A DNA stretch of 35,766 bases from a virus. The stretch lies in IMG/VR virus record IMGVR_UViG_3300045988_100376. The stretch is one strand, 5' to 3'. This document shows, piece by piece, positions 25,683 to 33,356 of the stretch. Position 1 is the first letter of the stretch. Each line of letters starts with the position of its first letter. The position numbers were made by a program, and so were the translations under genes. The notes below the pieces were generated by a model, which was not told where the DNA came from, did no database searches, and saw nothing but the letters and a program-made list of their open reading frames with translations.

Positions 25683-26897
25683 GTGATAAAAACGCTTGTA
25701 TCTAAAGAAATTGCTGATAAGCTGAAAACAAACACACTTTACAACACCGTTGCCCTGCATTCCCCCGACGGCAGTTTTGAGAATATAACAGGTGAAAGTA
25801 TCGTGCTTGACAGTTTTTCGCTTGAAAATGAAATCGTTGAAAAAGAATTGAAATTCGGCGGTTGCATAGCCTCTGAAATGAGCGTGAAACTCATTGATTA
25901 TGATTGCTCGGCTTTGATAGGAAAGACGGTACAGGTCATCATAACGGCAACATATCTTGAATCAGAGTTGTATCCGTCAGATGATTTGTACCCGTCAAAT
26001 ACTCTTATTTGTCCTGCCGAAACAGGAACGGTTGAATGTCCTGTTTTCTACGGTAAAATTCAGTCGGCTCAAAGAGATAAAAAACAGCGTAACATCGTCA
26101 AAATCACAGCCTATGACGCTTTTTATGATATGTCAAAGGTGGATATGTCTTTGTGGTTTGCAGGCAAAGAGAACGAGGACGGCAGTTTTGCTTATGGTTA
26201 TGCGCACTATCAAAAAGACGATAATTTTAAGAGCTTTTATTCAATAATCGCAGAATTTGCCAAAGATTATGCAATTACAGGGGTTTCACCGCCGAGCTTA
26301 TCTGTTTTTAGTGTACCGCTGAAATTTGACGATACCTGCGTGGAAAAGGTTATAAAGGACATTACCTTGTCAGATTTAATCCAAGCTTATGCAGAGTTAA
26401 CTTTGAGCTTTGCCGTTATAGATGCCGACGGAAAAATGCGTTTTAAAAGGCTGTATTCTCAATCTTCCGTTGAAACAATCGATTCGTACAAAGATTTATC
26501 CTTTGAAGATTACGAACTTGAGCCTATCCGTATGTACAGTGCTAAATTTGCTGATAAAAAAGCGTTTTTGTATGGCAACAGTAACGATTTTTCTTGGTAT
26601 GTTTCCGATAACATTTTGATGAGGTGCAGAACAACAGCAAGTGATATCGGCACAAAATATAATTCTGTTAATTTTTTTGGTGATGTATATAAATACCGCC
26701 CGACAAAAATTAAGCTGTTTTCGTATTGGTGGCTTGAGGCAGGCGATAAGTACACAATTAAAACTCCGTTTGAAGATTTGCCGACAATCGAAACATTTGT
26801 GTTCAATAAGAAAATGGACGGATTTATAACTGCCCTCACATCAAAGGGCGAAAAACGATTAGGAAAGGAAGTAAAAGAAAATGAACAAATACAATAA
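25683..26897 (+). CDS. Tail-tip/baseplate protein carrying a LYPSxxLYPSN motif
   Basis: Assigned by synteny. GTG start. Confidence 0.5.
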   Translation: MIKTLVSKEIADKLKTNTLYNTVALHSPDGSFENITGESIVLDSFSLENEIVEKELKFGGCIASEMSVKLIDYDCSALIGKTVQVIITATYLESELYPSDDLYPSNTLICPAETGTVECPVFYGKIQSAQRDKKQRNIVKITAYDAFYDMSKVDMSLWFAGKENEDGSFAYGYAHYQKDDNFKSFYSIIAEFAKDYAITGVSPPSLSVFSVPLKFDDTCVEKVIKDITLSDLIQAYAELTLSFAVIDADGKMRFKRLYSQSSVETIDSYKDLSFEDYELEPIRMYSAKFADKKAFLYGNSNDFSWYVSDNILMRCRTTASDIGTKYNSVNFFGDVYKYRPTKIKLFSYWWLEAGDKYTIKTPFEDLPTIETFVFNKKMDGFITALTSKGEKRLGKEVKENEQIQ

Positions 26898-27648
26898 AAT
26901 TGTCTTTGTGAACGGCTCTGCTCCGCCCCTCAATGCCGACAACCTCAACCATATGGACGAGGGGATTGAACGGGCAACAGACGGGGCAATTGCACTTGAA
27001 ACCGAAATAGCCACGGCAAGAGGTGGTTCTAATTCACTTGGGGCAAGGCTTGATACAGTCGACACAAATCTTGCAAAAAAAGCTGATAAAGCCAATACTC
27101 TCGCAGGGTACGGCATTTCAGACGCATATACACGAGAAGAAACAGATAAAAAACTTGCCCGAAAGCTCGATTCAATGCCGTTCGACAGCGAACCAAAAAA
27201 TAACAGCCCGTGTTATCTCACAAGCGGAGCGGTTTACAGCGCTCTACTTGTTAAAGCCGATAAAACCGCCTTGGCAACTAAATACGATTCGTCAAATATT
27301 GAAAGTGGTACATCAACACTCACACCGTATTCAACCGTCACCGATAAAATCAAAAGTGCAAACTGTACATATAAGACGATTGGTGACATCGTAATCGTCA
27401 GTGCAACGGTCAAAATGAACGCAGTATCTCTTGGCGGCAATAGCATGTATCCGCTGATTGATTTGCCGTACAAATGTATTTCCGAGGACAATGTTTTTTG
27501 TGTCGGTATTTCAAACCTTGGCAAGCTCTTTAAATTTGCCATTCCGAAAAATAACACTTGGCTACAGTTTTCGACTCAGGATAAGACGGCTTACACATTT
27601 GCAGACGGCGAGCAAATTAATGTGATTTGCTTGTACAAAATTAAATAA
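26881..27648 (+). CDS. Tail fibre / receptor-binding protein candidate
   Basis: The N-terminus FVNGSAPPLNADNLNHMDEGI is the conserved fibre N-terminal motif of many Firmicutes phages. Confidence 0.6.
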   Translation: MNKYNKIVFVNGSAPPLNADNLNHMDEGIERATDGAIALETEIATARGGSNSLGARLDTVDTNLAKKADKANTLAGYGISDAYTREETDKKLARKLDSMPFDSEPKNNSPCYLTSGAVYSALLVKADKTALATKYDSSNIESGTSTLTPYSTVTDKIKSANCTYKTIGDIVIVSATVKMNAVSLGGNSMYPLIDLPYKCISEDNVFCVGISNLGKLFKFAIPKNNTWLQFSTQDKTAYTFADGEQINVICLYKIK

Positions 27649-27662
27649 CGGAGGTAAAAATA

Positions 27663-27911
27663 ATGGAACTTAAAGAAAAAATCACACTCGATATGCTCAC
27701 AAAGGACAGCGTTTCGGTACTCAGACAGCAGTTTTTGACCTTTAACGGTGAAGAAATGCAGGTAGGCGGTAACATCCGCAATGCATACATGAACAGCAAA
27801 TCGGGCAGAGAACAGCTTAAAACGGTGCTGTCAGACGAATATTACAATGCCGTTATGGCAGTTTGGGGTGATAATCCAACCGTTGACGAGCCGATAGAAA
27901 GCGAGGTGTAA
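27663..27911 (+). CDS. Hypothetical protein
   Basis: RBS ggaggt. Confidence 0.5.
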   Translation: MELKEKITLDMLTKDSVSVLRQQFLTFNGEEMQVGGNIRNAYMNSKSGREQLKTVLSDEYYNAVMAVWGDNPTVDEPIESEV

Positions 27912-27914
27912 ACA

Positions 27915-28364
27915 ATGAAAGAAAACATTTTACAGGCATTATTTGCCACGGTATGCGGTGCTATTGTCGCATATCTTAACATCTTGCTTGTGCCGTTTGC
28001 GGTGATGATTGCGGTAATGATTATCGACTATATCACAGGAATGGCGCAGGCATACATCAGTCACACGCTTAACAGCCGTGTCGGTGTAACAGGCATTATC
28101 AAAAAGGTAGGCTATATCGTAGCTGTAGCGGTCGGAATTGTTGCAGATTATCTCATCAGCTCGGCACTTGTCAACTGCGGAATCGACCTGCGGATTAACT
28201 ACTGTATCGGCATGATTGTGACGATTTGGTTTATCATCAACGAATTAATTTCAATCCTTGAAAACCTTTCGGAAATCGGAATCCCATTGCCGAAGTTTTT
28301 AGTATCAATCGTTAAAAGATTAAAGACAACAGTCGAAGTAAAAACAGATGAAAGCGAGGAATAG
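27915..28364 (+). CDS. Holin (phage_holin_4 / TcdE-like)
   Basis: Several TM helices. IDYITG...GIIKKVGYIVAVAVGIVADYL pattern. Lies upstream of the endolysin. Confidence 0.75.
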   Translation: MKENILQALFATVCGAIVAYLNILLVPFAVMIAVMIIDYITGMAQAYISHTLNSRVGVTGIIKKVGYIVAVAVGIVADYLISSALVNCGIDLRINYCIGMIVTIWFIINELISILENLSEIGIPLPKFLVSIVKRLKTTVEVKTDESEE

Positions 28365-28366
28365 TT

Positions 28367-28636
28367 ATGACAAATGCAAATTTTATTAAGTTTGCAACAT
28401 CTGAGGTAAACAAGTATGTGTTAAATCACATAGATAAGTCAGATGATACACCTGATTTTGACACTTTTGTAGTGTGGTCGTGTAAGACTTTGCAAAACCA
28501 CAAATGCCTTATCAGCACAACATTACACGACGGTATGTACTACGAATGTACATACAACGGCGATAAAAACGAAATGTATCTTGACGCATACAAAAAGTTT
28601 GAAAACAAAAAAATTATTTGCGAAAGCGAGGAATAA
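28367..28636 (+). CDS. Hypothetical protein between holin and endolysin
   Basis: Tightly packed ORF. Confidence 0.5.
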   Translation: MTNANFIKFATSEVNKYVLNHIDKSDDTPDFDTFVVWSCKTLQNHKCLISTTLHDGMYYECTYNGDKNEMYLDAYKKFENKKIICESEE

Positions 28637-28638
28637 TT

Positions 28639-29478
28639 ATGAGTAATTCAAAACTTGTTAATTACACAAAATTAAGCCCAAACCACAGCGGTAAACGCAC
28701 ACACAGTATTGACCGCATTACTCCGCATTGCGTTGTAGGTCAGTGTAGCGTTGAAACACTCGGAAACATTTTTCAGAACACAGCTTGTGAGGCAAGCTGT
28801 AACTACGGAATCGGCTATGACGGCAGAGTGTTGCTTTGTGTTGATGAAGGGAATCGTTCTTGGTGCAGTTCATCAAACGCAAATGACCAGCGTGCAGTCA
28901 CAATCGAATGTGCAAGCGACACGGTAGCTCCGTACACCATGAACAGCAAGGTGTATAACAAACTCGTTGCACTCTGCGTTGACATCTGCAAGCGTAACGG
29001 CAAGACTAAACTGCTTTGGTTCGGTAATGAGGACAAGACGCTAAATTATTCGCCAAAATCAGGTGAAATGGTCTTGACTGTACATAGGTGGTTTGCAAAT
29101 AAATCCTGCCCGGGCGACTGGCTCTATAACAGGCTTGGCAATCTTGCAGACGAAGTAACTGCACATCTCGGCGGTAAAACATCAAATAAGGAGAATGAGG
29201 AAATGATTAAATACGGTTCACATAATACGGCAACACTTGCATTCAAGAAACAGTTGATTACACTCTACAATATGGGTATCATCAAGACGAAAGTCGATAA
29301 TTCAAATGGTTTCGGTGACGGCACTCTGAAAGCTGTTAAAGAAGCACAGAGAGCAGGTAAGGTCACAGTTGATGGTATTGTCGGCGAAAAGACAATCAAT
29401 GCTATCTATCATCTTATCAATGATTGCAATTGGGCTAAAGATAAGAAAATTGCAAATGCAAAGAAAGCGTTAGGTTAA
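28639..29478 (+). CDS. Endolysin: N-acetylmuramoyl-L-alanine amidase (Amidase_2/PGRP) with a PG_binding_1-like C-terminus
   Basis: ITPHC...ASCNYGIG.DGR...SWCSSS..ND.RAVTIEC...CPG. C-terminus GDGTLKAVKEAQRAGKVTVDGIVGEKT. Confidence 0.85.
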   Translation: MSNSKLVNYTKLSPNHSGKRTHSIDRITPHCVVGQCSVETLGNIFQNTACEASCNYGIGYDGRVLLCVDEGNRSWCSSSNANDQRAVTIECASDTVAPYTMNSKVYNKLVALCVDICKRNGKTKLLWFGNEDKTLNYSPKSGEMVLTVHRWFANKSCPGDWLYNRLGNLADEVTAHLGGKTSNKENEEMIKYGSHNTATLAFKKQLITLYNMGIIKTKVDNSNGFGDGTLKAVKEAQRAGKVTVDGIVGEKTINAIYHLINDCNWAKDKKIANAKKALG

Positions 29479-29488
29479 TATTACATAT

Positions 29489-29518
29489 CCATAATAACGC
29501 CCCTAAAAGTTATTATGG
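29489..29518. promoter_or_regulatory. Perfect 10-bp inverted repeat CCATAATAAC / GTTATTATGG abutting the methyltransferase RBS
   Basis: Arms at 29489-29498 and 29509-29518. The right arm overlaps the GG of the ggagg RBS. Confidence 0.6.
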
Positions 29519-29528
29519 AGGTAAAAAA

Positions 29529-30293
29529 ATGCGTAGCTTTATCGGCTGGATTGGTGGCAAAAGTCACCTTAAAAATCAGATTATTTCACTTATTCCCAGT
29601 GACTGTAACCGCTACATAGAGGTGTGTGGCGGTGCAGGCTGGGTCTTATTCGGTAAGGATAAAATCAAAGGTCAAATGGAGATATTTAATGATATTGACG
29701 GCGACCTTATTAACCTTTATAAGCAGATAAAATACAATTGTTCTGCTCTACAAAAGGAGATTGATTGGTTACAGTCTCGAGAGCTGTTTTCGCAATATCG
29801 CTATGAGATTGAGAATCAGGTTGAGCTTACTGACCTGCAAAGAGCAGCACGATATCTTTACTTGATTAAATGTAGCTTTGGTAGCAATAGAAATTCTTTT
29901 GCGACCGCCCCTAAAACAATTTATAATATCGTTTCTGAATTACCAAAGTACAAGGAGCGATTAAAAAGTGTAATCATTGAAAACAGGGATTTTGAAGACC
30001 TTATTAAAACATATGACCGTGATTCTGCTCTGTTTTATGTAGATCCGCCATATGTAGCATCGGAACGCTACTATAACCGCAACTATACTAAGTTTAATAA
30101 AGATGACCATATCCGTTTAAATGCCGTTTTAAAGGGGATTAAAGGGCGTTTTATCCTATCCTATAACGATTGCGATTTCATTCGTGACTTGTATAAAGGT
30201 TACCATATTAAGTGCGTAAGCAGGCAAAACTTGCTCCCAGCAACCGCTGAAAATCGTGCAGAATTTAAAGAAGTTATCATAACCAATTACTGA
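29529..30293 (+). CDS. dam: Dam-family (D12 class) N6-adenine DNA methyltransferase
   Basis: WIGGKSHL, EVCGGAG (FxGxG-like) and DPPY (FYVDPPYVA). Confidence 0.85.
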   Translation: MRSFIGWIGGKSHLKNQIISLIPSDCNRYIEVCGGAGWVLFGKDKIKGQMEIFNDIDGDLINLYKQIKYNCSALQKEIDWLQSRELFSQYRYEIENQVELTDLQRAARYLYLIKCSFGSNRNSFATAPKTIYNIVSELPKYKERLKSVIIENRDFEDLIKTYDRDSALFYVDPPYVASERYYNRNYTKFNKDDHIRLNAVLKGIKGRFILSYNDCDFIRDLYKGYHIKCVSRQNLLPATAENRAEFKEVIITNY

Positions 30294-30294
30294 T

Positions 30295-30366
30295 TTGGTA
30301 ATAATATTACCAATTAAGCAAAATAATAACGCAGTAGTATATTATATTACTCGGGGCGTTATTATG
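30295..30366. promoter_or_regulatory. Palindrome cluster upstream of the XRE gene
   Basis: TTGGTAATA-A-TATTACCAA (30295-30313). ATAATAACGC...GCGTTATTAT (30323-30365), which encloses agtagtatattatattact. Confidence 0.6.
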
Positions 30367-30627
30367 ATTAAAATTCATTTGTCCGATTTGCTTGGCAAAT
30401 ACCGCATAACGCAGGCTGAACTTGCCCGTAAAACCGGCATAAGACCTGCGACAATATGCGATATATATAATGAGATGTGTGACCGTATTAACCTTGAACA
30501 TTTGGACAGGATATGCGAAGTCCTTGGTTGTGATGTTGCTGACATCCTTGAATATCAGCCAAATAAGATTAAAAAGACCGGCACAAATCTCATTTTAGAG
30601 CAAAACGGCAACCGAAAAAAAGAATAA
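30364..30627 (+). CDS. XRE-family (Cro/C1-type) HTH regulator, 87 aa
   Basis: LGKYRITQAELARKTGIRPATICDIYN...LEHLDRICEVLGCDVADILEY. Confidence 0.8.
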   Translation: MIKIHLSDLLGKYRITQAELARKTGIRPATICDIYNEMCDRINLEHLDRICEVLGCDVADILEYQPNKIKKTGTNLILEQNGNRKKE

Positions 30628-30633
30628 TTAACA

Positions 30634-30686
30634 CAAAAAAACACCTTGCAGATGAGTAAAATCTCTGCAAGGTGTTTTTATTTTTA
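30634..30686. terminator. Strong bidirectional intrinsic terminator
   Basis: 12-bp stem acaccttgcaga/tctgcaaggtgt, with an A-run before and a T-run after. Confidence 0.85.
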
Positions 30687-30806
30687 CGGAAACATTTCTG
30701 CAACAATATGCAAAAATGATTAATTCAATTTTTTCATTTAGTGTGAAAAGTTTTTTCGATTTGTGCGAAAAGCGACAGATGGTGCGGTATCTTTTGGTTA
30801 TAGATT

Positions 30807-30990
30807 TGTTAGCTACTTGTTAGCTGTGTGTTAGCTACGATATGTATTTTTCCGTGTTTTAGGGTGATTTAAGTATAGCAAAACCCCAGTAAACATCGTA
30901 TTTACCGGGGTAAAAAGCTTTTGGTGCAGGTAACTTGCAGGGGGGATAGGAATGGGGGAAATGGGGGATTTTGTTAGCTATATGTAAGCT
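30807..30990. repeat. attP region: TGT(T/A)AGCT arm-type repeats in 11-bp phase (3 + 2 copies) flanking a ~135-bp centre
   Basis: Copies at 30807, 30818, 30829 and at 30972, 30983. The centre holds ccccagtaaa/tttaccgggg and a G-rich atggggga repeat. Confidence 0.6.
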
Positions 30991-31028
30991 ACGGAGCATA
31001 ATTATGAACAATTCAAGATAATATAAGA

Positions 31029-32066
31029 CTATATTTTGTTGATTGCATTCACCAATTCTTTGGGGTTAATGTGGGTGTAAACCTTTTCGGTCAAGTCCAT
31101 TTTCGACTTGTGACCGACTATTTTTTTGATGATTGTGTGGTTCACATTTGCCGATACAAGCATTGAAATGCAGGTGTGTCTTGTTTCGTGTATGGTGTGG
31201 TCTAAACCTAAATCGTTTTGCAGAGGTGTCCAGTAGTTGCGTTTAAAGTTATCGTATTTCAGCGGCTTGCCATTGGTGTTATTCAGAACATATCCACATT
31301 GAGAATCGCTGATGAATTTCTGCCAAAACGGCAATACTTTGTCTGCTATAGGCACGGTTCGTACACCTGAATCGGTTTTTGAACTTTCAACAAAGAAAGT
31401 CTGTTCGTCAAGGTTTACATTTGAAGTTTTCAGATTGAGAAGTTCAGACACACGCACTCCCGAATAAATCAGCATAAGCACTATTTTTACCGAATCAAGA
31501 TTTGAATATTCCCACAAAAGATTTATTTCGCTTTCCGAAAACTCCCTGCGTGCTCGTTTTGTTTCATCTGACTTGGCATTGATTTTCAATTCTTCTGCAA
31601 GATTGTTATGGAGTATATCGTGAAATATGCAGTATTCGTAGATTTTGTTCAACAGAATTTTAATTCGCCTAACCGATTGATAACCGTTGTTGCAGTTGTC
31701 GAGAACTCGTTGCATATCAATGATTTTTATATCGGACATCTTGCGATTGTATAACATTGAGCATTGTTTGTATGCCGCATTATACTGTCTTTTGGTGTTC
31801 GGATTTGTGTCTTCGGTGATGAACTCCATGTACCAAAGTTCATAAATTTCTGAAAAAGTGCGTCTTGCCGAATCAACATCAAACGGGTTTTGATTGTAAT
31901 CAGCAAGAGCGTTCAGAGCTTTCGGCTTGTTGGGAAAGTAGCCTATAACTCTGCGTTCCTGATTGCGTGTTTCTTTGTTGTATCCTATTGTCACGCAGGC
32001 AACCCACGGATTGCGCCTGTTTCCGCTCAGCTTATAAACAGAGCCGTAGCCGTTAGGCAGTTTCAT
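31029..32066 (-). CDS. int: Tyrosine integrase
   Basis: HETRHTCISML, VGHKS and a C-terminal Y in EKVYTH. ATG at 32066 is 8 nt after aaaggag. Confidence 0.9.
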   Translation of the reverse strand: MKLPNGYGSVYKLSGNRRNPWVACVTIGYNKETRNQERRVIGYFPNKPKALNALADYNQNPFDVDSARRTFSEIYELWYMEFITEDTNPNTKRQYNAAYKQCSMLYNRKMSDIKIIDMQRVLDNCNNGYQSVRRIKILLNKIYEYCIFHDILHNNLAEELKINAKSDETKRARREFSESEINLLWEYSNLDSVKIVLMLIYSGVRVSELLNLKTSNVNLDEQTFFVESSKTDSGVRTVPIADKVLPFWQKFISDSQCGYVLNNTNGKPLKYDNFKRNYWTPLQNDLGLDHTIHETRHTCISMLVSANVNHTIIKKIVGHKSKMDLTEKVYTHINPKELVNAINKI

Positions 32067-32086
32067 TTTATACACTCCTTTTGCTT

Positions 32087-32146
32087 AAAAAAGGGTGCAA
32101 AAATCCCTTGTGTTATTTATCTGCAAAACTTGCAAAACACAAGGGA
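32087..32146 (-). terminator. Intrinsic terminator on the - strand between the NYN gene and int
   Basis: 11-bp perfect inverted repeat tcccttgtgtt/aacacaaggga (32104-32114 and 32136-32146). In - sense it is followed by UUUUUGCACCCUUUUUU. Confidence 0.6.
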
Positions 32147-32158
32147 GTATGGTACAAT
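32130..32158 (+). promoter_or_regulatory. Promoter TTGCAA-17-TACAAT with an extended -10 TG
   Basis: ttgcaa 32130-32135, tggtacaat ending at 32158. Confidence 0.55.
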
Positions 32159-32164
32159 TATATT

Positions 32165-32246
32165 GCTGTTTAAGTACCGTTGCACCCTATGTGTAATGGT
32201 TTCCGCTCTATCCTGTTGGCGCAGGGTAGGGCGGATTTTTTATTTT
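32165..32246 (+). ncRNA. Candidate ~80-nt small RNA, convergent with and overlapping the 3' end of the NYN transcript
   Basis: Bounded by the promoter at 32130-32158 and a 13-bp GC-rich hairpin (32203-32234, two G-U pairs) plus atttttta tttt. No RBS-led ORF inside. Confidence 0.45.
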
Positions 32247-32959
32247 ACTAAATTTTTAGCGTATAGCTTATCTTTCTTTAGTTCTTCTGAATCGGGGCGA
32301 CTTACTTTAGTTTCAAGTCCGTCAATATGTTCAAAGAGACTTGGTTTAATCGTGTGCCACATAGGGTCTAAAATAAAATCAATGCCCTCTCTGCGGGCGT
32401 GCTTAGCAGCAGGAACGAAGTCGCTGTCACCGGCAATTAATATAATACGATCAACTTGCTTTTTGTAAGATAAAGATGCAATATCCAAGCCTATTTTCAT
32501 ATCGACACCTTTCTGTTGTATATCAAGTTTGAAATGACTTTCTTCAAGGTCTGTAATGGCGAGTTTACCATTGCACAATTTCTTTACATATTCAGGCTTA
32601 ATTGTGTATCCAACGGTACTTTCTAAAAGTTCACCTTTTCTAAAAGCTACTTTTCTTTTAGATTTTAGTTCCTCAAAAAACTCCATAGACCATTTATACT
32701 GATCAGTTTTAGATAAATCAATTTGTTCTTTAGTGAGGGGATGATATACTTTCTTAGTTGAAGGAAGACAATCATAGTAGAAAATGCGATAAAGGTATTT
32801 TTCTTCTGAATAACTGTTGCGAGTTTTTTTATTCATGTAATGCCTACTGCAATATTGAACCAATTCTCTTGCCCTATCTTTTGGGTTTTTATCTCCCCAT
32901 AAATAATTTGCTCTTCTTAAATAAAAAGCACCGTCAACAAGGATAGCAATTCTTATCAT
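32240..32959 (-). CDS. NYN (LabA/DUF88-like, PIN-related) domain RNase candidate, 239 aa
   Basis: IAILVDGAF..., QQKGVDMKIGLDIASL and RIILIAGDSDFVPAAKHARREG. ATG at 32959 is 9 nt after aaggag. Confidence 0.7.
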   Translation of the reverse strand: MIRIAILVDGAFYLRRANYLWGDKNPKDRARELVQYCSRHYMNKKTRNSYSEEKYLYRIFYYDCLPSTKKVYHPLTKEQIDLSKTDQYKWSMEFFEELKSKRKVAFRKGELLESTVGYTIKPEYVKKLCNGKLAITDLEESHFKLDIQQKGVDMKIGLDIASLSYKKQVDRIILIAGDSDFVPAAKHARREGIDFILDPMWHTIKPSLFEHIDGLETKVSRPDSEELKKDKLYAKNLVK

Positions 32960-32978
32960 GCGAAAATTCTCCTTTATG

Positions 32979-33035
32979 TAAAAAACTCTTGGGGTCGACA
33001 CATCCCATATGGTGGGAGGTTTACTGCCAAGAGTT
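32979..33035 (-). promoter_or_regulatory. Leader hairpin plus U-tract (attenuator/terminator-like) directly upstream of the NYN RBS
   Basis: - sense: aactcttgg(33035-33027)...inner tccca/tggga stem...ccaagagtt(32992-32984), then uuuu, then acataaaggag. Confidence 0.5.
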
Positions 33036-33060
33036 CACACTAACAATAAAATTAAAATTT

Positions 33061-33079
33061 AATGTAGTAATACTACATT
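33061..33079. promoter_or_regulatory. Perfect 9-1-9 palindrome AATGTAGTA-A-TACTACATT at the predicted NYN transcription start (operator candidate)
   Basis: Read directly from the sequence. Lies just downstream of the - strand -10 element. Confidence 0.55.
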
Positions 33080-33082
33080 TTT

Positions 33083-33111
33083 ATTATATGCAAATTCAAG
33101 ACATTATTCAA
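33083..33111 (-). promoter_or_regulatory. Promoter TTGAAT-17-TATAAT for the NYN gene
   Basis: Reverse complement of attcaa (33106-33111) and of attata (33083-33088), with a 17-nt spacer. Confidence 0.55.
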
Positions 33112-33286
33112 TAGGTATTTTAAATTTGTAATAAATGTTGTTGAAATACAACAAAAAACAAAGTGCTTTATTGTAAAAATAATAGTGATATTTTAATAAA
33201 TGTTACTGTAAAATCCTACGGCTTTGCCAAAAATACAGAGCAAAGTCCAATTTTTAGGACAGTTAAAAAATTCTTGCAAATAGCGC

Positions 33287-33315
33287 TTGAACAATCAGAA
33301 CAAATGTTCTATAAT
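33287..33315 (+). promoter_or_regulatory. Promoter TTGAAC-17-TATAAT with a LexA (Cheo) box AGAACAAATGTTCT in the spacer
   Basis: ttgaac 33287-33292, tataat 33310-33315. GAAC-N4-GTTC at 33298-33309. Confidence 0.65.
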
Positions 33316-33356
33316 GAATGTGTAAAGAAAAATAAAAAGCTTTGGGGTGATTCTAT

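Noticed and set aside
30807-30990. Short regularly spaced repeats that could superficially suggest a CRISPR-like array. The same applies to 5030-5116 and 16975-17051.
   Set aside because: The units are 8-21 bp with 11-51 bp periods and only 2-3 copies, with no repeat-spacer architecture. They fit integrase arm sites, iterons and regulator sites respectively.
32092-32188. 9-bp inverted repeat agggtgcaa / ttgcaccct, 80 bp apart, as a separate long-range element
   Set aside because: It may simply extend the - strand terminator structure. The pairing is too short and too distant to claim independently without folding or covariation analysis.
32188-32250. 20-codon ORF (MCNGFRSILLAQGRADFLFY) inside the sRNA candidate
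   Set aside because: There is no Shine-Dalgarno sequence, and most of it is encoded by the terminator hairpin.
31890-32468. 192-aa + strand ORF bridging the int start, the intergenic region and the NYN 3' end
   Set aside because: It crosses two well-supported - strand genes, a promoter and two terminators. No RBS.
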